Origin: an uncultured Planctomycetia bacterium
GTDB lineage: Bacteria > Omnitrophota > Gorgyraeia > Duberdicusellales > 4484-171
Direction: 5' to 3'
Length of the DNA stretch: 32,000 nt
Assembly (NCBI GenBank): GCA_964536865.1
Contig: CAZHYN010000016.1
Coordinates: 1 to 32,000 of the forward strand
Shown: positions 1 through 5,716 of the stretch, piece after piece
How positions within the stretch are numbered: position 1 is the stretch's first letter
How the letters are laid out: every line of letters starts with the position of its first letter
Program-made: the position numbers and the translations under genes
The notes under the pieces: model-generated
Told to the model about the DNA's origin: nothing
What the model saw: the letters and a program-made list of their open reading frames with translations, nothing else
The model's database searches: none

Positions 1-614
1 CTATGATAACGTAAAATATTTTGTGGACTTTTCTCTTGACAGAATAATAAAAAAGCTAACCTCCTGTATCCAGGAATATTTAAATTAAAAGAAAGGAGGC
101 AAGGATTTGGATACTATCAAAGGGATAATTTTTGATAATAATTTACTATACCGATGCAATTTTAAAGGAAATTTACAGGCAACAACACCCCTCAAGAAGT
201 AGTAATTGATGAATGGTTAAGAAATTTCTACAATATGTGGCTAAAAGAAGAATTTAAATTACAGGTTGGGGCAGATTACTATGAAAGAACCCCTACGCGA
301 TTAGATTACTCCTTAGGCTATTACAAAAGAAGGCTAATAACAAAGAGGGGTATATTAAAATTAGATGTTCCCAGGGCAGAGAAGATGAAGTTGAAGTTTA
401 GTTTGTTTGAAAGATACAAACGATACAGTAAAGATTTTGAAGAGATAGTATTAGAAAGCCTTCTTTTAGGGCATTCTACAAGAAAAGCAAAGATGTTCTT
501 TAAAAAAAGTATTAGGAGAAAATACGGTATCCCATCAATTTGCCTCCTCTTTATTAAGAAAGTTTGATTCTGAGATTGAGAAATGGAAGAAAAGAAGGAT
601 AGATAAAGAAGTAG

Positions 615-644
615 CCTGCCAGAGGCAGGTCCGCCTCTGGCGGA
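615..644. repeat. GC-rich twin-hairpin mini-element, copy 1
   Basis: cctgcc-aga-ggcagg followed directly by tccgcc-tct-ggcgga: two adjacent 6-bp stems with 3-nt loops. It sits in very AT-rich surroundings, inside the transposase frame between ...RRIDKEV and VLVLDV. Confidence 0.85.
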
Positions 645-1202
645 AAGTATTAGTTTTAGATGTTCTACACTTAAAAGGCTCAATAGCAGCAGTAAAAAGG
701 GCAAAACCTGTGCTTTTTTGCTTATGCAGTGTAAAAGCGTGGAAAGAAGAAGTATTAGACTTTGAAATGGCTACTTCAGAATCAGTAAATAACTGGCTTC
801 TTTTTCTAAATAAACTCTATTATAGGGGTCTAACTAATCCTAAATTTATTGTAAGAGATGATAATGAAGGTTTAAAGCAGGCAATAGCAATAGTTTTCCC
901 TAATTCTTTTCAGCAATACTGCCTATATCACCTAATAGAGAATTTCAAAAAGAAGCTAAAAAGTTTAAAAAACAAGCAATTAAAAGAAAAAATTCTTTAT
1001 TATCTTAAGTGGCTATATGAGGCAAAAGATAAAGAAGAGTTCTTAAAAGCCTCTAAAATTCCTCATTATCTTTAAATCTTATAAAAACCATCCTGCCTTT
1101 AAATATCTACTTACTCATCTGGAAGAAACACTACAATTTTATAAACTACCTTATTCTTTAAGATCCATAGCTAAAACCACCAACAGATTAGAGAGATTAT
1201 TT

Positions 1203-1232
1203 CCTGCCAGAGGCAGGTCCGCCTTTGGCGGA
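1203..1232. repeat. GC-rich twin-hairpin mini-element, copy 2
   Basis: cctgccagaggcaggtccgcctttggcgga is identical to copy 1 except for one base in the second loop (c->t). It sits between TTNRLERL and EIRRR of the transposase. Confidence 0.85.
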
Positions 1233-1417
1233 AGAGAGATAAGAAGAAGAGTTAAAGATTTTTTAGATTCTCTAACTCATTAAGCTGTCAGAGATGGCTA
1301 TATGCATTGATAACAGAAGGATTAATCCCTAAATACAGGGGGCCAGCTTAATAGAAAAGTATAACGATAAAATAAAAAGTCCACAATTTTCTTGACACTA
1401 TGGGGCTCTCACATTTT

Positions 1418-1446
1418 TTGACAGAATCTTTGAAATAGAATATAAT
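1418..1446 (+). promoter_or_regulatory. Consensus sigma70-type promoter (TTGACA-17 nt-TATAAT)
   Basis: ttgaca at 1418-1423, a 17-nt spacer, tataat at 1441-1446. It lies 30 nt upstream of the ATG at 1476. Confidence 0.55.
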
Positions 1447-1475
1447 ATTTTAATCACTGCTAAAAAGTGGAAATT

Positions 1476-1849
1476 ATGAGAGCTATTAATAATAAAGAGA
1501 AGTTATTCCAAATATGTAAGAATAATGACATTATATTTTTGGCAATATTTGGCTCCTTTGTAAAAGGAGGCTTTACAAAAAAAGCGATATTGACCTTTTG
1601 GTTCGTTTTTCTAAACCCAAAAGTCTCCTTGAGCTTGTAAGGATAGACAGAATATTTTCTGAGGTTTTGGGTAGAAAGACAGATTTATTAACCAAGGCCT
1701 CTATCAGTCCCTATTTAAGAGATAGGATTAAAAATGAGATGGAGGTGATTTATGAAAAAACGGGCAGTTTAGTCCACGACCAGAAAAGGTATTCCGATAC
1801 TAAAAGCAGAACTGAAACAAATTTTAAAGGATATAGAGAAGGAGGGTAA
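1476..1849 (+). pseudogene. MNT-type minimal nucleotidyltransferase (HEPN/MNT antitoxin family), frameshifted in an A7 run
   Basis: From ATG 1476: MRAINNKEKLFQICKNNDIIFLAIFGSFVKGGFTKK. After the A-run at 1577-1583 the homologous reading continues in another frame: SDIDLLVRFSKPKSLLELVRIDRIFSEVLGRKTDLLTK...EMEVIYEK. This matches the GSxxxG...DxD NTase signature. An A8 run would restore the frame. The tail after VIYEK (about 1764-1849) runs into the duplicated cassette leader. Confidence 0.7.
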
Positions 1850-1887
1850 CTGATGTATAAAAAGGTTATTTTTGGGAGTCTGGTTTT
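1821..1887 (+). repeat. Conserved cassette leader, copy A (5' UTR, RBS and first codons)
   Basis: attttaaaggatatagagaaggagggtaactgatgtataaaaaggttatttttgggagtctggtttt matches 3665-3731 with 4 mismatches in 67 nt. Confidence 0.9.
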
Positions 1888-2548
1888 GGCTGGGATGATG
1901 GGGTTAGCTATCGGGTTTTATAACTTATCCTGCTTTGCCCAGGGAGGAGAAACCATTACCATCACTACCTATTATCCTGCACCTTTCGGGGTATATAAGG
2001 AGTTGAGAGCAAAGAGGATGGCTATTGGAGATAATTACTATGATGCTTCTGGCTATGCTTGGGGAGTTAATATTGATTCTAATGCTGATTTGGTTGTTGA
2101 AGGCAATGTCGGTATCGGGACGATAACACCTCAGGATCTTCAAGATGGCCGAGACATAAAACTTGATGTTAAAAACAATATCATTACTGACGATGTATAT
2201 TTAAGGAATCCTAAAAATGGTAATGCCAGATGGGCGAGTGAAGGAGCGGGTGGTATAATAATACATAGATTTGAGAATTTACCTAACGATGGAGATACTA
2301 ACACAGGAATTTCTGCTGATGCTTATTATTGTGTAGCTACTGGATGGTCTGCTGATTGGGATACTCAAGAGGATGGTAGTGGGATCAATATGGTCTGGAC
2401 CCATTCCTCAGGTGGAACTTGGTGGATTCGTGCTCAGTTTCATAGCCATAAAGGTAGACATGAACACCCAGACGTAGATGTATTATGTTTTCCAAAAGAA
2501 ATGGTTACATGGCAGGGGGCTTCAACTTCGTTAAATAGACCGGATTAA
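1853..2548 (+). CDS. Secreted protein, cassette paralog 1 (signal peptide, TITTYYPAPFGVY module, tail-fibre-like GNVGIGT motif, Trp/His-rich C-terminal domain)
   Basis: RBS aggaggg upstream. N-terminus MYKK plus a hydrophobic core plus FAQ|GG. ETITITTYYPAPFGVYKEL is shared with 3697..4299. LVVEGNVGIGTITPQ resembles the GNVGIGT motif common in tail-fibre and adhesin-like proteins. I recognise no family for the C-terminal half. Confidence 0.8.
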   Translation: MYKKVIFGSLVLAGMMGLAIGFYNLSCFAQGGETITITTYYPAPFGVYKELRAKRMAIGDNYYDASGYAWGVNIDSNADLVVEGNVGIGTITPQDLQDGRDIKLDVKNNIITDDVYLRNPKNGNARWASEGAGGIIIHRFENLPNDGDTNTGISADAYYCVATGWSADWDTQEDGSGINMVWTHSSGGTWWIRAQFHSHKGRHEHPDVDVLCFPKEMVTWQGASTSLNRPD

Positions 2549-2592
2549 TAAACAAAATAGAGATGTTTCTCAAGAATGAGTAATCAGGGCTT

Positions 2593-2657
2593 AAGGTCTT
2601 GATTTTTGAACAAGTTCGAAATTGATAACACATACCCATTTGAAAATCAAGAGCCTT
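2593..2657. repeat. Long imperfect inverted repeat (about 17-bp stem, one bulge, ~28-nt loop)
   Basis: aaggtcttgatttttgaa (2593-2610) pairs with tttgaaaatcaagagcctt (2639-2657). It is 45 nt downstream of the 1853..2548 stop. No T-tract follows it. Confidence 0.7.
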
Positions 2658-2698
2658 GAGGTCGTAAAGATTAAATGTAAATAAAATAAGTAGGAAAA

Positions 2699-2962
2699 AT
2701 GGGGGCAGCTCTATTTTTCTTGCAGAAGAAGAGATTGGAAAAGTGGTCCGAAATCCAAAAAGAGAAATGTGGTTTAAAAAAGTTCTCAATTTTTGGACTA
2801 CCATATGGGGTGTATAATCAGCTGGAGGCTAACAAATTGGCAGTAGGGGATACGAATGACGATGAAAATTTAACTGCTGCTCACCAGCCAGACGCGGATA
2901 AAGCTGAGGATTTCGGCCCTCTCAATGAGAGATATTTGAGGAAGGCGCTACAGGTATATTAA
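2699..2962 (+). pseudogene. Deletion relic fusing the 5' part of a cassette-2-type gene to the 3' end of an M64-like peptidase gene
   Basis: From ~2801, PYGVYNQLEANKLAVGDTNDDENLTA parallels PYGVYNELQSNKLAVGDTNDDGELTA of 3697..4299 (nt ~80% to 3838-3917). Then PDADKAEDFGPLNERYLRKALQ parallels the last residues PDKAEDFGPVNERYLRKELER of 4350..5108. There is no signal peptide and no metalloprotease core. The first ~100 nt of the ORF have no homology. Confidence 0.75.
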
Positions 2963-2973
2963 GGTGTATACAA

Positions 2974-3471
2974 ATGCTTGATTATCTGGGTATTTTCAGG
3001 GAACTTAATAATAGGGAGATTAAATATATTGTTGTAGGAGGTATGGCGGTAAATTTTCACGGTATTCCTCGCGCTACTTATGATATTGATTTGTTGCTTT
3101 ATCTTGAAGATAGGAACCTTAAGAAATTTCTAATTCTGTTAAAGGAATGGGGTTTTAGGCCACGCGTTCCAGTTGACATTATGGATTTTGCTGATAAGAA
3201 AAAAAGGCAGGATTGGATAAAAAATAAAAATATGAAGGCATTTAATTTAATTAATCCTGACTGGGCAATCCGTGAAATTGATATCATAATCGATACCCCG
3301 GTAGATTATAAAAAGGCTATAAAATCTGTCAAGAATATCAAATTCTATAATGTAGTCGTTCCTACTATCTCCATAGATAATCTTATCTTAATGAAAAGCA
3401 AATCAAATAGAGAGCAGGATAAGGCTGATATAAGGAATCTTAGAAAGCTGTTGAAATATGGCAAAAAATAA
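2974..3471 (+). CDS. Nucleotidyltransferase-fold protein (DUF2204/DUF6036-like)
   Basis: IKYIVVGGMAVNFHGIPRATYDIDLLL fits the GG.A...HG..R.T.DID pattern of small stand-alone NTases. This is recalled from memory, not searched. Confidence 0.6.
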   Translation: MLDYLGIFRELNNREIKYIVVGGMAVNFHGIPRATYDIDLLLYLEDRNLKKFLILLKEWGFRPRVPVDIMDFADKKKRQDWIKNKNMKAFNLINPDWAIREIDIIIDTPVDYKKAIKSVKNIKFYNVVVPTISIDNLILMKSKSNREQDKADIRNLRKLLKYGKK

Positions 3472-3631
3472 AGGTTTTGATTACTATTTGAGCATAAAAG
3501 CGATACGCGAATACCAAAAAATTCCCATTGAAAAGAGACTCCGCTGGTTATATCAGCTCAATCTTTTAAGAAAGGCCTATCCCAAAGAAATTATTAAGCT
3601 TCAGGATAAATTTCGGGAAGGAAAAATCTAA
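3458..3631 (+). CDS. Small 57-aa ORF overlapping the NTase stop by 14 nt (possible partner protein)
   Basis: Hand-translated: MAKNKGFDYYLSIKAIREYQKIPIEKRLRWLYQLNLLRKAYPKEIIKLQDKFREGKI*. It is absent from the ORF track, probably because of a length cut-off. The overlap suggests translational coupling. Confidence 0.45.
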   Translation: MAKNKGFDYYLSIKAIREYQKIPIEKRLRWLYQLNLLRKAYPKEIIKLQDKFREGKI

Positions 3632-3664
3632 GAATATGGACAAGCTTCCAAGCAATACAGTCCT

Positions 3665-3731
3665 ATTTTAAAGGATATAGAGAAGGGGGGTGAGTGATGT
3701 ATAAAAAGGTTATTTTAGGGAGTCTGGTTTT
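3665..3731 (+). repeat. Conserved cassette leader, copy B
   Basis: Matches 1821-1887 with 4 mismatches in 67 nt. The ATG is at the same offset (3697 vs 1853). Confidence 0.9.
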
Positions 3732-4299
3732 ATTTCTGGCAGTGGGGCTGGTATTTGGCTTTGGGGTTTTATCTTCTTTTGCCCAGGAAGAGGAAAAAGA
3801 AGGAGAAACCATTACTATCACCACTTATTATCCCTCACCATATGGGGTGTATAATGAGCTGCAAAGCAACAAGCTCGCAGTAGGGGATACCAATGACGAT
3901 GGAGAGCTAACTGCTCTTGATTTGCCAAACAGAGATGGGGATATCCGGCTTAGGCCACAGCCAGGTAACCCTGATAATTGGGACCCTGGTGAGGAAGGGC
4001 AGTTTGCCTACTCAAAAGATGAGGAGGCTTTGTATCATTGGAGTGATTTTGAGTCTAAGTGGGTAAAGCAGGCAGGGGCAGGCACAGCAGTGATTTCTCT
4101 TAAGTGTAAATGGTGGTGCTTTAGAAGCTGGGCGGGTGGAATATTTTTCGGTTCCGCTTCGTGCGAACCACCTTCTTGTCCCTCTGACTGGACAGATCTT
4201 GGCACAGGCTGTGTGTGTACGAGCATGACTGATGCTACTGATAGCACCACTCCCCATAATTGCGCCGGTTATTGCGAGCGGTGGTGTAAAGAGGAGTAG
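3697..4299 (+). CDS. Secreted protein, cassette paralog 2 (signal peptide, TITTYYPSPYGVY module, EF-hand/dockerin-like loop, 9-Cys C-terminal domain)
   Basis: Start chosen at ATG 3697 by analogy with 1853; the track ORF begins at GTG 3694. Signal peptide ends in FAQ|EEE. DTNDDGELTALD fits DxNxDGxLxxxD. The last 64 aa contain 9 Cys (CKWWC, CEPPSC, CVC, CAGYCERWC). Confidence 0.8.
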   Translation: MYKKVILGSLVLFLAVGLVFGFGVLSSFAQEEEKEGETITITTYYPSPYGVYNELQSNKLAVGDTNDDGELTALDLPNRDGDIRLRPQPGNPDNWDPGEEGQFAYSKDEEALYHWSDFESKWVKQAGAGTAVISLKCKWWCFRSWAGGIFFGSASCEPPSCPSDWTDLGTGCVCTSMTDATDSTTPHNCAGYCERWCKEE

Positions 4300-4349
4300 A
4301 AATGTAGTCAGAATTATTTTTAATTAGGAAACCTTGAGATTAAATTCTG

Positions 4350-5108
4350 ATGCGTTTATTTGTTTTGCTTTTTTGTTTCTGGTGTTTTGCTTTTAGTTGT
4401 TTTGCCTATGATATTGAGTCTTATTATTCAGAAAAGATACCAGAGAGTGTTCTTAACCTTGTATTCTGCCCTTTAAGTTATCAGGATAAAGAAATCTTCC
4501 TTAAGGATATAGATATAATTATTGAGAGGTTAGGCAAAACCAGGCCATTTGATGAATTTGTAGAGAAAATAGGTTTTTATTATATTAACCTCTCCAGAGA
4601 AGAAGAAAATACGATTTTTAAAAGAACTCAGGGTTTTCCACCTCTTAAGGTTCGCCAGGATTTTTTAGATAATATTTTAGATGAGCTTAACTCTAAATAT
4701 AAACTAATCATCATTGATTATTCAGGTTCTGTCTCCTGTGCTGAGCTTTCCTCAATTGATAAGGTGTCTTTGGTTATCTTAGGAAGAAAAAGGTATAAAA
4801 ACAGAAGCAGTTTTGCTAAAGGGTTTTTACATGAGTTGGGTCATTGCCTTGGTCTTCGTGATGAATGTGTTAATTGCGAAAGGCTCTGTCCTCCAGGGCC
4901 ACCTAATTGTGCCACAACTGAAGAAGAAGCAAAGAGGTGGTGGGCTGATCTGGTAGGAAAAAAGCCGAGAGTAAACTACATTGCTGGCTGCTGTGGGAAT
5001 AAAGACTATATCCGGCCAACCATTGCCTCATTGATGAATAACCCCGATAAGGCCGAGGATTTTGGTCCGGTGAATGAGAGGTATTTGAGAAAGGAATTAG
5101 AAAGATAA
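4350..5108 (+). CDS. Secreted Zn-metallopeptidase, peptidase M64 (IgA-peptidase)-like
   Basis: Hydrophobic signal peptide MRLFVLLFCFWCFAFSCFAY. HELGHCLGLRDE (4830-4865) fits the HExxHxxxLxDE arrangement of M64. Upstream, NLVFCPLSYQD...RPFDEF...FYYINL and KLIIIDYSGS resemble the M64 core. A Cys-rich stretch follows the active site. Confidence 0.6.
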   Translation: MRLFVLLFCFWCFAFSCFAYDIESYYSEKIPESVLNLVFCPLSYQDKEIFLKDIDIIIERLGKTRPFDEFVEKIGFYYINLSREEENTIFKRTQGFPPLKVRQDFLDNILDELNSKYKLIIIDYSGSVSCAELSSIDKVSLVILGRKRYKNRSSFAKGFLHELGHCLGLRDECVNCERLCPPGPPNCATTEEEAKRWWADLVGKKPRVNYIAGCCGNKDYIRPTIASLMNNPDKAEDFGPVNERYLRKELER

Positions 5109-5114
5109 CGCCTA

Positions 5115-5285
5115 ACCGAAACCGACCGACGAAGCCAATGGACGATAGCACCCTTGGTTTTGTAAAGCGGTTGTGGTTACGGCTAATACTCCTGCGGAGT
5201 AGTTCATAGCTCATAGTCATGATTAAAAGACGATAGACGAAACTGATAGACGAAACCAATACTTAGCCGAAACCGATAGACGATA
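5115..5285. repeat. Relatively GC-rich intergenic tract with degenerate short direct repeats (gatagacga / ccgaaaccga)
   Basis: gatagacga at 5232-5240, 5245-5253 and 5275-5283. ccgaaaccga at 5115-5124 and 5267-5276. A related gacgatagca is at 5141-5150. No frame is open. Confidence 0.6.
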
Positions 5286-5401
5286 AACGTGTGGTTGTAT
5301 AGATTGGGTAAGATTTGCTCTTAAAAATAGACTTAGTTAATATAACGCTTCAATTATTAATCTCTTGACTAAACTCCTTTTTATGTTAGGATTTATTAAC
5401 T

Positions 5402-5716
5402 ATGTGGGCAGTAGTAGAGATAGGGGGTAAACAGTATAAAGTAAAAGAAGGGGATATTTTAGAGGTAGAGAGAATAAAGAAGGATTTCCCTATTACTTTA
5501 GATAAGGTTTTACTTTTCTGTAAGGATAAGAAAGTAAAAGTAGGGGCTCCCTATCTTGATGATGTAAAAGTTACTGCCGAGATTCTGGAAGAAAAAAAGG
5601 GAGAAAAAGTTGTTATTTTCAAATATAAGAGAAGAAAAAAATATCGAAGGAAAAGAGGTCACCGCCAAATTTTATCCCGCCTTAAAATCTCTCAAATAGT
5701 AGAGAAAAAAGAGTGA
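5402..5716 (+). CDS. rplU: 50S ribosomal protein L21
   Basis: MWAVVEIGGKQYKVKEGD... is the classic L21 N-terminus, and the C-terminus is basic. Confidence 0.95.
   Translation: MWAVVEIGGKQYKVKEGDILEVERIKKDFPITLDKVLLFCKDKKVKVGAPYLDDVKVTAEILEEKKGEKVVIFKYKRRKKYRRKRGHRQILSRLKISQIVEKKE

Larger units (their letters stand above)
107..1283 (+). pseudogene. IS256-family transposase, disrupted by at least 3 frameshifts
   Basis: Segments are 107-202 (frame 2), 196-567 (frame 1), 542-1075 (frame 2) and 1071-1283 (frame 3). Family-typical strings: GADYYERT..GYYKRRLITKRGILKLDVPR, FERYKR, LGHSTRKA, VLVLDV, VRDDNEGLKQAI..FP..FQQYCLYH, TTNRLERL..EIRRR. The C-terminal ~40 aa also look degraded. Confidence 0.8.
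1..1400 (+). mobile_element. Decayed IS256-family (Mutator-like) insertion sequence at the window edge
   Basis: Consecutive frame segments together read as a ~400-aa IS256-type transposase. A 12-bp inverted match, ttgtggactttt (21-32) and aaaagtccacaa (1375-1386), gives candidate terminal inverted repeats. Element size of ~1.37 kb fits IS256. Confidence 0.75.

Noticed and set aside
321-704. Antisense and alternate-frame track ORFs: 321..704(-), 1925..2143(-), 3099..3287(-), 4012..4257(-), 4035..4250(-), 6871..7107(-), 7716..7979(-), 8352..8597(-), 10785..11021(-), 11464..11817(-), 12524..12724(-), 13312..13518(-), 14497..14748(-), 17958..18179(-), 18587..18790(-), 23632..23886(-), 24029..24340(-), 26529..26726(-), 28306..28500(-), 29741..29998(-)
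   Set aside because: Each lies opposite a + strand gene with clear family motifs. Their translations are low-complexity (Leu/Ser/Phe/Ile-rich) with no RBS or recognisable motif. They are typical shadow ORFs in AT-rich DNA.
107-1283. Programmed ribosomal frameshifting in the transposase
   Set aside because: At least three separate frame changes plus a degraded C-terminus are needed, and IS256-family transposases are normally a single ORF. Decay or sequencing error is more parsimonious.
1764-1849. C-terminal extension of the 1598..1849 ORF as a genuine domain
   Set aside because: MNT proteins end near ...VIYEK. The extension runs over a 6-codon HEPN stub and into the duplicated cassette leader (1821 onward), so it is read-through of rearranged DNA.
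1853-1945. Lipoprotein signal (Cys in ...YNLSCFAQ) for cassette paralog 1
   Set aside because: NLSC does not fit the L-(A/S)-(G/A)-C lipobox, and the paralog has no Cys at the equivalent place (VLSSFAQ). Signal peptidase I cleavage after FAQ is more consistent.
2505-2804. 99-aa minus-strand ORF across the hairpin region
   Set aside because: It overlaps the end of gene 1853..2548 and the hairpin or relic sequence. It has no RBS or recognisable domain. The region is better explained as a recombination scar.
1853-4299. Diversity-generating retroelement or invertible shufflon as the explanation for the variable C-termini
   Set aside because: The window has no reverse transcriptase, no template/variable repeat pair, no invertase and no flanking inverted repeats. 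The C-termini are unrelated rather than point-diversified.
4903-5259. 118-aa minus-strand ORF spanning the peptidase 3' end and the repeat tract
   Set aside because: It overlaps the well-supported peptidase gene on the opposite strand. The remainder is the translated repeat tract. It has no RBS and no motif.
5230-5285. Possible CRISPR or other regular repeat array
   Set aside because: The repeats are only ~9-13 nt and degenerate, with irregular spacing and no spacer-like unique segments. No cas genes are present in the window.
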